In this document: positions 26,270 to 37,374 of the stretch, piece by piece
Position numbering within the stretch: the first letter of the stretch is position 1
Layout: each line of letters opens with the position of its first letter
Source of the DNA: Parachlamydiaceae bacterium
Lineage (GTDB): Bacteria > Chlamydiota > Chlamydiia > Chlamydiales > Parachlamydiaceae
Assembly: GCA_013821265.1 (NCBI GenBank)
Contig: JACDHD010000005.1
Coordinates: forward strand, 236 to 64,235
Direction: 5' to 3'
Length of the DNA: 64,000 nt
The notes under the pieces: generated by a model
The model's database searches: none
What the model was told of the DNA's origin: nothing
What the model saw: only the letters and a program-made list of their open reading frames with translations
Position numbers and translations under genes: made by a program

Positions 26270-26932
26270 CTAAGCCTTTTTTGTTGCTAACAATGGTAGA
26301 ACCTTTTTCCACACATCAGCAAACACTTTGCTTATTGGTTGGCTTGCATCGACTTTACAGATGCGTTCAGGATGCTTTTCAGCCAAGTGTAGGAGTCCTT
26401 GACGCACGCGTTGATGAAAGTCTAGCTTTTCTGACTCCATGCGATCGAGCTGGCCAGGATCTGCATTTTCTTTAAAAGCGTGACGTGTGCGTCGCAACCC
26501 TTCAAGAGGATCAATATCTAAAAAAATTGTCAGGGAAGGCTGCACATCTCCACACACTAAGTCACACATCTGCTGAACGGTGGACTCGCCGAGTCCTCGC
26601 GCAAAGCCTTGATAAGCTACTGTGGAATCGTTAAAGCGATCACACAAAACGATCTTGCCTGCTTGTAGAGCGGGTTTGATCAGTTCTTCAAGGTGTTGTG
26701 CTCTTCCTGCTAAAAACAGGAGGAGTTCTGCTTGATTTCCTATTTGAATGGATGCGTCATGGTTGAGAACCCACTTGCGAATTTGTTCTCCCAGAGCAGA
26801 GCCTCCAGGTTCGCGCGTTCTAACCACTTCAAAGTGATGAAGAAGCAAATCCTTCTGTAATTTTTCGAGGATGGTGGTTTTGCCCGCACCATCTCCACCC
26901 TCGAAAGAAATAAACAATCCAGATTTGCTCAT
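26270..26932 (-). CDS. tmk: Thymidylate kinase
   Basis: P-loop FISFEGGDGAGKTT, DRF and lid-region motifs. I chose ATG 26932 (MSKSGLF), 4 nt after the gyrA stop, over the longer ORF start at 26989, which overlaps gyrA. Confidence 0.9.
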   Translation of the reverse strand: MSKSGLFISFEGGDGAGKTTILEKLQKDLLLHHFEVVRTREPGGSALGEQIRKWVLNHDASIQIGNQAELLLFLAGRAQHLEELIKPALQAGKIVLCDRFNDSTVAYQGFARGLGESTVQQMCDLVCGDVQPSLTIFLDIDPLEGLRRTRHAFKENADPGQLDRMESEKLDFHQRVRQGLLHLAEKHPERICKVDASQPISKVFADVWKKVLPLLATKKA

Positions 26933-26936
26933 TATT

Positions 26937-29426
26937 CTATTCTGGTTGACTCTCATTGCTTTCAGCGGAAGCCTCTTCATCTGAAGCATCTTCCACAGCT
27001 ACTTTTTGAATTGCAATGATTGCATCATCTTCGCGCAGATTGACCAGTTTTACGCCCTGAGTACTGCGACCCATCACGCGTAAATCTTTCATGCTAATGC
27101 GAACGGTTTGTCCTGCCGCAGACATCATCACCATGCCGTCATTATCGGTCACACAGAGAGCTCCCACAACGCTTCCGTTGCGCTCGCTAGTGATGATAGA
27201 ACGCACGCCGACGCCTCCACGGTTAGTCTGACGGAACTCTTCTACTTCAGAACGTTTTCCAAAGCCGTTTTCGCACACAACAAGAACTGTTTCGTCACCG
27301 TTAACCACTTCACAGCCAACAATGTAATCGCTTTCATCGCGCAATGTGGCACCTTTGACTCCACGAGCCATACGACCCATTGGACGAACTTTGCTTTCGT
27401 CAAAGCGCACAGCCATTCCATTATGCGTGAAGAGCATGATTTGCTGATTTGCTTTTGCCAATCGTGCTGCAACTAATTCATCGCCTTCATCGATAGCTAG
27501 AGCCCAGATCCCTTTGCGACGTGGGTTGCTGAACAGACTTAGCTCTGTCTTTTTGACCACAGCTTTACGTGTTGCCATCAAGATAGAGGCCTCTTCTTCG
27601 AATGAAGAGATGCGCAAGACCGTTGCAATCTTTTCTCCAGGCTTAATGTCCTCTAGCAGATTGACGAGCGGTTTTCCTTTTGACTTGCGTCCGGTTTCAG
27701 GAATTTGCCACACCTTGAGCCAGTAGCAGCGTCCCAATGTTGTGAAGATCAATAAGTGATCGTGTGTCGAAGCGACATATAATCCCTTAATTGCATCTTC
27801 TTCGCGTTTTAATTGGACGCCGGCCACACCTTGGCCTCCACGACGCTGTTCGCGGAACGTGTTAACAGGCATTCTCTTGATGTAGTCATCTTCTGAAATG
27901 GTGATCACAGCTTCTTCGTTTGGAATGAGATCTTCCATGTTGAATTCACCTTCAGCCGCAACAATTTGGGTTCTGCGTTCTGATTTATGATTTTTCTGGA
28001 TATCAGCTAATTCGTCTTTAATAATGCCGCGCACCATTGTTTCACTTGCAAGTACAGCACGGTAGTAATCAATTTTCTTGAGCAGTTCCTGATATTCTGC
28101 ATTGATTTTATCGTGCTCTAAACCTGTCAACTGGTAGAGGCGCAGATCTAAGACAGCATTGGCTTGACGTTCGCTAAATGTGAAACGCTCCATCAATTCT
28201 TTGCGTGCTTCATCGCGGTTGTTGCTGTTGCGAATCAAACGAACAACCTCGTCCATGTGATCAATCGCTTTCAGGTAACCTTCTAGAATGTGACCGCGCG
28301 CTTCTGCTTTCATAAGCTCAAAACGCGTACGGCGACGTACCACTTCGATGCGGTGATCTATCCACGCTGAGATTAATTGCTTAACGTTCATTGTGCGTGG
28401 AAGGCCTTTATCTAAAGCCAATGTATTGCAACCGAACGTAATTTGCAGATCGCTGTACTTGTAGAGTTGATTGATAATCACCTCTGGAACTTCATTGCGC
28501 TTTAGTTCCATGACTAAGCGCATCCCATCTTTATCCGATTCGTCGCGTAGATCTGAAATCCCTGTAATTTGCTTGTTGTTAATCAGTTCTGCGATCTGTT
28601 CAATCAAGCGAGATTTGTTAACGTTATAGGGAATTTCATCAACAACGAGGCGTTGTTTATCTGCATTGTCTTCAAAATCTTCAACGCGAATAACACCGCG
28701 TAGAACTAGCTTTCCACGTCCCGTGTGATAAGCCTCTTTGATCCCACGAAATCCACAGATAATACCACCTGTAGGAAAGTCGGGTCCTGGCATCACTGAC
28801 ATAATTTGGTCAATTGATGTTAACGGATTGTCTAGAAGCAATAATGTTGCTTTAATGAGCTCATTGAGGTTGTGTGGAGGAATGTTTGTCGCCATCCCCA
28901 CAGCAATTCCTGAGGATCCATTGCACAACAAGTTTGGAAACTTAGCTGGAAATACAGTAGGTTCTGTTTTCGTTTCGTCGTAGTTGGGTGTGAGATCTAC
29001 AGTATCTTTATCTAGATCGTCCATCAGCTGTACGGAAGCATGTGTTAAGCGCGCTTCTGTATAACGCATAGCAGCTGGAGGATCTCCGTCCACAGAACCA
29101 AAGTTCCCTTGTCCATCTACAAGTGTATAACGCATCATCCATGGCTGTGCCATTCTGACAAGCGTTGGGTAAATGACTTGTTCTCCGTGCGGATGGTAAT
29201 CCCCTGAGGTATCCCCGGAGATTTTGGCGCACTTACGATGCTTACCACCCGGACTTAAGTTTAGCTGACGCATTGCATAGAGTATGCGACGTTGAGAGGG
29301 TTTTAAGCCATCGCGTACGTCAGGTAAAGCTCTAGAAATAATCACAGACATAGAATAGCGTAAGTAGCTTTCCTTAACTTCGTCTTCGACATTGCGCGAA
29401 ACGATCACTTCATCTTTTGTATACAT
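26937..29426 (-). CDS. gyrA: DNA gyrase subunit A
   Basis: 829 aa. DGLKPSQRRILY, active-site region AAMRYTEARL, and a C-terminal beta-pinwheel repeat region. Confidence 0.97.
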   Translation of the reverse strand: MYTKDEVIVSRNVEDEVKESYLRYSMSVIISRALPDVRDGLKPSQRRILYAMRQLNLSPGGKHRKCAKISGDTSGDYHPHGEQVIYPTLVRMAQPWMMRYTLVDGQGNFGSVDGDPPAAMRYTEARLTHASVQLMDDLDKDTVDLTPNYDETKTEPTVFPAKFPNLLCNGSSGIAVGMATNIPPHNLNELIKATLLLLDNPLTSIDQIMSVMPGPDFPTGGIICGFRGIKEAYHTGRGKLVLRGVIRVEDFEDNADKQRLVVDEIPYNVNKSRLIEQIAELINNKQITGISDLRDESDKDGMRLVMELKRNEVPEVIINQLYKYSDLQITFGCNTLALDKGLPRTMNVKQLISAWIDHRIEVVRRRTRFELMKAEARGHILEGYLKAIDHMDEVVRLIRNSNNRDEARKELMERFTFSERQANAVLDLRLYQLTGLEHDKINAEYQELLKKIDYYRAVLASETMVRGIIKDELADIQKNHKSERRTQIVAAEGEFNMEDLIPNEEAVITISEDDYIKRMPVNTFREQRRGGQGVAGVQLKREEDAIKGLYVASTHDHLLIFTTLGRCYWLKVWQIPETGRKSKGKPLVNLLEDIKPGEKIATVLRISSFEEEASILMATRKAVVKKTELSLFSNPRRKGIWALAIDEGDELVAARLAKANQQIMLFTHNGMAVRFDESKVRPMGRMARGVKGATLRDESDYIVGCEVVNGDETVLVVCENGFGKRSEVEEFRQTNRGGVGVRSIITSERNGSVVGALCVTDNDGMVMMSAAGQTVRISMKDLRVMGRSTQGVKLVNLREDDAIIAIQKVAVEDASDEEASAESNESQPE

Positions 29427-29440
29427 AATCTAACTACCCT

Positions 29441-31993
<2,553 letters not shown>

Positions 31994-32001
31994 TTAAAGC
32001 A

Positions 32002-32340
32002 TCAACCGATGCGAAACACAATACTCTTGATAGCCACCTTAGGAAATTTCTGCCTAAGGCTAGCTAGAATTTTAACACGATCACGCTGACTGAGCAGGCT
32101 GTGAAGCGTGGAATTTTTAACAAGCACGATGAGGATGCCTTCTTGAAATGACAACGCACGCGTCATGGGTGCTAGCTGGGGCCCTATAACCTCTGGCCAC
32201 GCCCCCATGATAAGATCTGGGCGCTCTTGATACATCTCTTGGATGTCACCCAACACACTCAACGATAACGCACTGGCATGGTGAATAGGAGGAATTGTCC
32301 CTTCGTAGTAACGCGGCGTTCGTGCGATGCGCTTTCTCAC
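32002..32340 (-). CDS. DUF721 (DciA-like) protein
   Basis: 112 aa directly upstream of gyrB, the canonical position of DUF721. Pattern WPEVIGPQLAPMTRALSFQEGILIVLVKNSTLHSLL. Confidence 0.65.
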   Translation of the reverse strand: MRKRIARTPRYYEGTIPPIHHASALSLSVLGDIQEMYQERPDLIMGAWPEVIGPQLAPMTRALSFQEGILIVLVKNSTLHSLLSQRDRVKILASLRQKFPKVAIKSIVFRIG

Positions 32341-32427
32341 AAATCTATCCCTTGTAATTCAGGAAGATTTTACCATATTTTGCACCTTCCAGCAAGGACA
32401 AAGCAAAGAGGATGTAAAAGAATGGTT

Positions 32428-33045
32428 CTTTCCGTGCCCATGCCCAGACTGTCCCTTCCGTGCCCGACACTGTCCTTTCCGTGCCCGTGCCCGTGAGCGT
32501 GCCCGATTCCTAAATTTTGAAATAAGGAGAAGAAAACCTTAAGACAATCACATTTTACATTGTTTTTTAGCAAGTCGAGCACGGGACGCATCCTATTACC
32601 CATAAGTCATCAGAAACGTTCCCACACATCATTTTAGAGCCTACTTGGAAGTTATTTAACACGTTTAAAATTAAAATAAATAATAAGAAAGAAATTGACA
32701 GAATGGAATACTCCCTCTCAAATTAAACCGAGTTAGGAGAATAACGCAGAGACGCAGAGTCGCAGAGACGCAGAGAAGAAACTAAAAGCTATAGTTTTAT
32801 GTAAAAAAGGAAGATTTATCTAATTCAAGATCATTAATCATCTTTTCTTTCTCTGCGTCTCTGCGACTCTGCGTCTCTGTGTTTATTCGCTATATAAAGC
32901 GGAACATGCATATTCACTGGACCTTATTCATTATTATAATCCAAAAGTTATCTGAAAAGCATCATTCAAACATATGCTAAAACAATAATAATGACTTATG
33001 GGTAATAGGATGCGGGCACGCTCACGGGCACGGGCACGGAAAAAT
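32428..33045. repeat. ~620-bp nested palindromic composite (GCACGG arms, a 24-nt perfect inverted pair, inner CGCAGAGA arms)
   Basis: ccgtgcccgtgcccgtgagcgtgcccg (32479-32505) pairs with cgggcacgctcacgggcacgggcacgg (33013-33039). cgcatcctattacccataagtcat (32587-32610) pairs with atgacttatgggtaataggatgcg (32991-33014). cgcagagacgcagagtcgcagagacgcagag (32745-32775) pairs with ctctgcgtctctgcgactctgcgtctctg (32851-32879). Confidence 0.85.
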
Positions 33046-33064
33046 ATTCGTCAACCACTTCTCG

Positions 33065-34039
33065 TTAGAAATGATATTCCGAAGATACCATAGCGCTCAT
33101 CGTATGCCAGTGAACAGGATTCAAATCAGTTTGGAAAGGGCCTGCATCAGTGTAAATGCGGTTTGTCCCTTCATGTCGACTACGCCATGCTTGATAATTT
33201 CCCACTAATCCCACTGACCAATGCTTAGCAATGTCATAATTGACTCCCAAAACAAACACTTCACCTCTTCCACGGCAATGCTGGTGAAAGCCATCCATAA
33301 AATCTGGACGTAAATTCCAGTCACCCCTTGCTTTCATATGTGTCCAATGGTATTCGAAACTACCAAATAGCTGAAGGGTACATGTCATATAAAGGGTAAA
33401 GTCAACTCCCAACCAAGGACCCTTCCATCGAGTTCGATATTTTGTGTGAGCACTTATAGATCCAATGCGATCCAATATGTCATCCTCAACAATTTGTATG
33501 TGATCCATTGTAAAATGCTGTGCATGATAGGAATAACCTCCCAAAGGAGAAATCGTAGCGCGATTGCAAAGAAAACGGAAATGGTATCCAATACCCCCGA
33601 TGAAATCGAACACTTCCCCTCTTACTTTAGCTTCACTGCGAAAAATCTGGTCTGGGTCGCCAAAACAACTCACGCTTGACGGGGATGAGGAAGAAGATGA
33701 TGATGAAGAGCTAGATGAGCTAAATTCAGGAGCAAAGTCGGTATTGGTTTGCTGACCCGTATAAATTTTTCCGTAATCTGCATTACCACGAAAGTAGATA
33801 TTGTGACAGTTTACCCACTTTCCAGTTGCCATCACAGTTCCCATGCGCAATTGCTTCCAACGCACTTCTGATAGCTTGTAGGGGTCACCCTGACATCCTT
33901 GAAAACTCCAACGAAGGCGATCTTCGCGGAATCCGGTACTTAACTGAAAAGATCCTTCATCTTTATGCACATGAGCATTGCAAGTCGTTGAAAGCAAAAG
34001 AATAGCGCACGCTAATGCACAGAAGAACCGTTGATACAT
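33065..34039 (-). CDS. Putative outer-membrane beta-barrel protein with an internal poly-Ser tract
   Basis: Start chosen at MYQRFF (aagga RBS). Signal peptide FFCALACAILLLSTTCNA, alternating amphipathic strands, aromatic C-terminus ...SSEYHF, and a run SSSSSSSSSSSSSPSS. Confidence 0.65.
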   Translation of the reverse strand: MYQRFFCALACAILLLSTTCNAHVHKDEGSFQLSTGFREDRLRWSFQGCQGDPYKLSEVRWKQLRMGTVMATGKWVNCHNIYFRGNADYGKIYTGQQTNTDFAPEFSSSSSSSSSSSSSPSSVSCFGDPDQIFRSEAKVRGEVFDFIGGIGYHFRFLCNRATISPLGGYSYHAQHFTMDHIQIVEDDILDRIGSISAHTKYRTRWKGPWLGVDFTLYMTCTLQLFGSFEYHWTHMKARGDWNLRPDFMDGFHQHCRGRGEVFVLGVNYDIAKHWSVGLVGNYQAWRSRHEGTNRIYTDAGPFQTDLNPVHWHTMSAMVSSEYHF

Positions 34040-34135
34040 GACAGATTCCTTATTAAGGTATAGGAGCGTCGAAGATAGCAACTCACCTATTTTGGGTCAA
34101 TTGCTAGTAGTCCACTTTAACCCTTGCCCTTTGAA

Positions 34136-34352
34136 TGTCCTTTCCGTGCCCGTGCCTGTGAGCGAGAAAGGACAAAGGACGAAAACGACGAAAAGGACGA
34201 AAAGGACTAGGAAATTGATTAAGTCTTTTTTGCCGTTGGTTTTACTATTACAGACCCCTGTTAATCAATTTATTGTTCACTTAACCGTCCTTTTCGTCCT
34301 TTTCGTCGTTTTCGTCCTTTTTCTTTTTTCTCACGGGCACGGAAGGACAAAG
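34136..34352. repeat. Palindromic composite (GCACGG + GACGAAAAG arms)
   Basis: tgtcctttccgtgcccgtgcctgtgagcgagaaaggacaaaggacgaaaacgacgaaaaggacgaaaaggac pairs with gtccttttcgtccttttcgtcgttttcgtcc...ctcacgggcacggaaggaca. An inner pair is aattgattaa/ttaatcaatt. It lies in the divergent OMP/EEP intergenic region. Confidence 0.85.
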
Positions 34353-34496
34353 ACCTGCTTTACGTCGTTTTTAGCAAATGTTCCCAGAATAACAGCAAAG
34401 CAATCAATTATTCGCTGTGTTTGTTTCATTTGTGAATAATAGCACTTCCATATAAAATATCGTTTCTTTGTTTTTTATCTTTTAAATGAGGTTTCT

Positions 34497-35501
34497 ATGT
34501 TTAAATACTTTGTCACCCTATCGTGCTCCTTACTAATCATCTTTAATGAAACAGATGCGATCGAAAATTCGATCATTCCTTTAGTAGAGCGCTACGAATC
34601 AGTAGAAAATTTAAATCCTAAAAAATACTCGCGTCTTCAATTTGAAGAGATCTCTTCCGCTCTTGCCTCTAAAGCGCAACGCATTCGCATCCTTTCCTAC
34701 AACATTTTAGCAAGTATTTTTGATTATAAACATGAACCCATCAATAGCTGGCCGCAACGCCTTCCACGCATTCTAGAACTTTTAAACGAAATGCAGCCTG
34801 ATGTTTTTGGTGTTCAAGAACTGTACAAAGATCAACTCAACGACTTATTACCATTTCTAAGTGACACCTACACCTTTGTAGGCGGTCCTTGCACTGATAG
34901 CGAAATCAACGGTATCTTTTATCGCAAAGAACGCTTTGAATTAGTTGACAGTCAGATTTGGTTTATCTCATCAACACAGGTTCCTAGCTCAGAAACATTG
35001 ACATTGGTCCATCTGCGCGACAACATAACAAACAGCGAGTTTGCTGCATGCAATACCCATTTATCCTTTTCTAAAGTTGACAAGCGCGCCTTTCAAGCTC
35101 AGTTTATCGTTGATAAAATTAGCTCTGTTTTTGCACAAAACGTCCCTGTGATCTTTATGGGGGATTTAAACACATTCACACAACGCCTGGATTTAGAAAA
35201 TTTACCTTTCTATGATGGCGATTACATCCATCGCATTTTGACCAAAGGCCCACTAAAAGACGCTAAGGAGCAATCGCTCTTAGGTCACTTAGGACCTCTT
35301 TCTACATTTACAAATGCGACAGAAGAAGCGATTCCTTTTACTGGAAAAGGGACTCCAGGTATTGTCTTGGATCACATTTATATTACAAAAGGTATCACTG
35401 TGCTCGTGCATGCGGTACAACCCGCCACTGTGGGTGGTCATTTTCCATCCGACCACATGCCGATCTTCAGCGACATTTTAATCAATTTTGAACAAAACTG
35501 A
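34497..35501 (+). CDS. Secreted endonuclease/exonuclease/phosphatase (EEP) family protein
   Basis: 334 aa with a signal peptide. EEP blocks RILSYNILA, DVFGVQEL, CNTHL, FMGDLN, LDHIY, SDHMPI. Confidence 0.85.
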   Translation: MFKYFVTLSCSLLIIFNETDAIENSIIPLVERYESVENLNPKKYSRLQFEEISSALASKAQRIRILSYNILASIFDYKHEPINSWPQRLPRILELLNEMQPDVFGVQELYKDQLNDLLPFLSDTYTFVGGPCTDSEINGIFYRKERFELVDSQIWFISSTQVPSSETLTLVHLRDNITNSEFAACNTHLSFSKVDKRAFQAQFIVDKISSVFAQNVPVIFMGDLNTFTQRLDLENLPFYDGDYIHRILTKGPLKDAKEQSLLGHLGPLSTFTNATEEAIPFTGKGTPGIVLDHIYITKGITVLVHAVQPATVGGHFPSDHMPIFSDILINFEQN

Positions 35502-35514
35502 CTTAGGAGTTATC

Positions 35515-36096
35515 ATGGGACCTATTTTAAACAGCGTAGTTAGATACTATCCATCCACAATTTCGTTGATTGGTGGTACGACTTGCGCACTATTCACAAT
35601 TGAAGCGGCAATTATTGCCATTGCGAATTTTGGTGTATTTATGAGTGGCAAGGAAAAAGAACATAAGCAAGCAGGCCAACTATTCTCAAAGCATTTGGGT
35701 CATGTTGTCCTTGGTGTTATTTTTACAACCAATCTTGTTCCTTACACTGCAGTCATTGGAGCTGTTATTTGTATAGGACATTCCTTGTTTGAAACGAAAG
35801 CTGTAAAAGAATCTCTTTGTGCTAAAGCAATTTCCTGGACTGTTGGAAAATGCCTTAAATGGATCTTGGAGCCTCTTTACAACACCCTATTGAAACCAAT
35901 TTTCTCCTTTATTGGAGACGTTGCAGCATCGATCTACAAGAATTGGATATTGCCTTGTGGAAGAATGCTAAGTGCAGTTATTCGAAGAGTAATCCCCAAC
36001 GATCCTATTTGGGGAACAGTATCTGTCGTTGTGGCTGTGGTAGGACTTTACCTGCTGGTTCCTCATCTGCTTGCTAGAGGCCCTCTTTTGTCCTAA
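35515..36096 (+). CDS. Hypothetical multi-pass membrane protein
   Basis: ATG 35515 is preceded by aggag. Several hydrophobic segments (LIGGTTCALFTIEAAIIAIANFGVF; VVLGVIFTTNLVPYTAVIGAVICIG; TVSVVVAVVGLYLLV). Confidence 0.6.
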   Translation: MGPILNSVVRYYPSTISLIGGTTCALFTIEAAIIAIANFGVFMSGKEKEHKQAGQLFSKHLGHVVLGVIFTTNLVPYTAVIGAVICIGHSLFETKAVKESLCAKAISWTVGKCLKWILEPLYNTLLKPIFSFIGDVAASIYKNWILPCGRMLSAVIRRVIPNDPIWGTVSVVVAVVGLYLLVPHLLARGPLLS

Positions 36097-36105
36097 ACTC
36101 TCCTT

Positions 36106-36162
36106 TTTGGAGTGCGGTGGCTTGCCACCGCTTTCAAAGGGGTCGGCTTGCCGCCCCCTTTA
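36106..36162. repeat. Hairpin-pair module (inverted copy of 23-78)
   Basis: tttttggagtgcggtggcttgccaccgctttcaaaggggtcggcttgccgccccc. Confidence 0.8.
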
Positions 36163-36202
36163 GAAGTATATGTGAACTGTTGTAGCCCATTTTTCTATTT
36201 TT

Positions 36203-36332
36203 CCTTCTCTGCGTCTCTGCGTCTCTGCGTTAATTATTTGATGAAATCCCAAAAGGTTTAATCCATAAGCGGTCACATACATCATAGGATACGATCGTTT
36301 CTTAACGCAGAGTCGCAGAGACGCAGAGAGGA
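36203..36332. repeat. CGCAGAGA-arm palindromic element
   Basis: ctctgcgtctctgcgtctctgcg ... cgcagagtcgcagagacgcagagag. The spacer is homologous to that of the 61845-61950 copy. Confidence 0.85.
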
Positions 36333-36446
36333 ATAAATAGTTTATAAGGAGTATTTTCCTTTCTACAGCAATCTGAAACCACACAAATATCATGTTTATC
36401 CTGCCGCCGAAGGCGATCCTGCCCATCCTGTTATTCTTCTTTTGAA

Positions 36447-36549
36447 ATAGAACATGTCGTCCTTGCAGGACTCCCATATATGTGTGAACCATTACCAGGC
36501 CTACGCTTCGCTTGGCCTTCGCTATGAGATTCCGGCCTTTGCAGGCCTT
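36447..36549. repeat. Half-copy of the 227-bp ggccttcgct-family element
   Basis: atagaacatgtcgtccttgcaggactcc...attaccaggcctacgcttcgcttggccttcgctatgagattccggcctttgcaggcctt closely matches 11371-11470. Confidence 0.85.
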
Positions 36550-36565
36550 CGCATAGTACAAATTC

Positions 36566-36612
36566 CTCGTTCTAAAATTTTAGGAATCGGGCACGGGCAC
36601 GGGCACGGGAAG
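36566..36612. repeat. GCACGG hexamer module
   Basis: taaaattttaggaatcgggcacgggcacgggcacggg. The same leader (aattttaggaatcgggcacggg) occurs at 53375 and, inverted, at 32500. Confidence 0.85.
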
Positions 36613-36618
36613 GATTGT

Positions 36619-37374
36619 CTATCTTTTTCGCGATCGCGTGAGCGTTTCCCAATAAGCCTGCATGTCCGGTGACAGGTACTTTTTTACCGATTTTAACTTT
36701 AAAACACGCTTCGGGTGTTCTGTATCGATGCATGCGAATTTTCCATGTTTCGTATAAGGCAGATTTCCCGGCAAATAGGTCGAAGCAAATCCATGATTGA
36801 GAATGCAAAACAATTCATTAACTTGCTCTTTAGTCGCGTTAGCCCATGCTTGATAGGACATTTCGTGACTTACAAGTTCCATATCTGTCACAACTAAAAT
36901 GGCGGGCTGCGCAGTTTTATCTTTTAATTCTGGAATGGGATAAATCCATTTTAGAGGAGCTACAAAATGGTGTAATTTTTTTCGTTTGATCAGATTTTGA
37001 ACGTTTTTGACTCCATGACAGCGCTTTACAAACCATTTCCATCCAGGAATTCCATCTTTCATGCGTTTTTCATTATCTAAATACAACTTGAGGAGATAGC
37101 CAGGAAGTAGTGGATGGCTGGCGACAATAATGTGAGACATCGGCTGCACATGAATTGTAATAAATCCTGCCTCTGCAAATGACTGTTCGTTTTTTAAAAC
37201 GTGTTTCCCTTTGAAAATTGCATCCAACGTTGGTTTTAAAGGATGCTTTTCCGGTAAAAGATAAGGCTTTACTTCCTTGCTAGTTGCCTTAAAAACTGCT
37301 GTCACACAAGTTAAAGGACTACTCCACAAACATGTCAGAGTAAGAAAGTAAAAGAGAAATCGACACCTGCTCAT
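36619..37374 (-). CDS. Hypothetical secreted protein
   Basis: 251 aa. Signal peptide FLFYFLTLTCLWSSPLTCVTA. Its start overlaps the upstream peptidase stop (ATGA). Its last codons run into a GCACGG-family repeat. Confidence 0.6.
   Translation of the reverse strand: MSRCRFLFYFLTLTCLWSSPLTCVTAVFKATSKEVKPYLLPEKHPLKPTLDAIFKGKHVLKNEQSFAEAGFITIHVQPMSHIIVASHPLLPGYLLKLYLDNEKRMKDGIPGWKWFVKRCHGVKNVQNLIKRKKLHHFVAPLKWIYPIPELKDKTAQPAILVVTDMELVSHEMSYQAWANATKEQVNELFCILNHGFASTYLPGNLPYTKHGKFACIDTEHPKRVLKLKSVKKYLSPDMQAYWETLTRSRKR

Noticed and set aside
32428-33045. Possible CRISPR array (this site and the other short tandem-repeat sites)
   Set aside because: The repeat units are only 6-9 nt and are arranged as inverted arms around a single spacer, not 25-40-nt direct repeats alternating with unique spacers. 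No cas genes are in the window.
34038-34439. 133-aa ORFs at 34038-34439 (+) and 36160-36561 (-), and ORFs at 15396-15907
   Set aside because: They span palindromic composites and hairpin arrays in intergenic DNA, with no RBS or domain signal. The composition is dictated by repeat modules.
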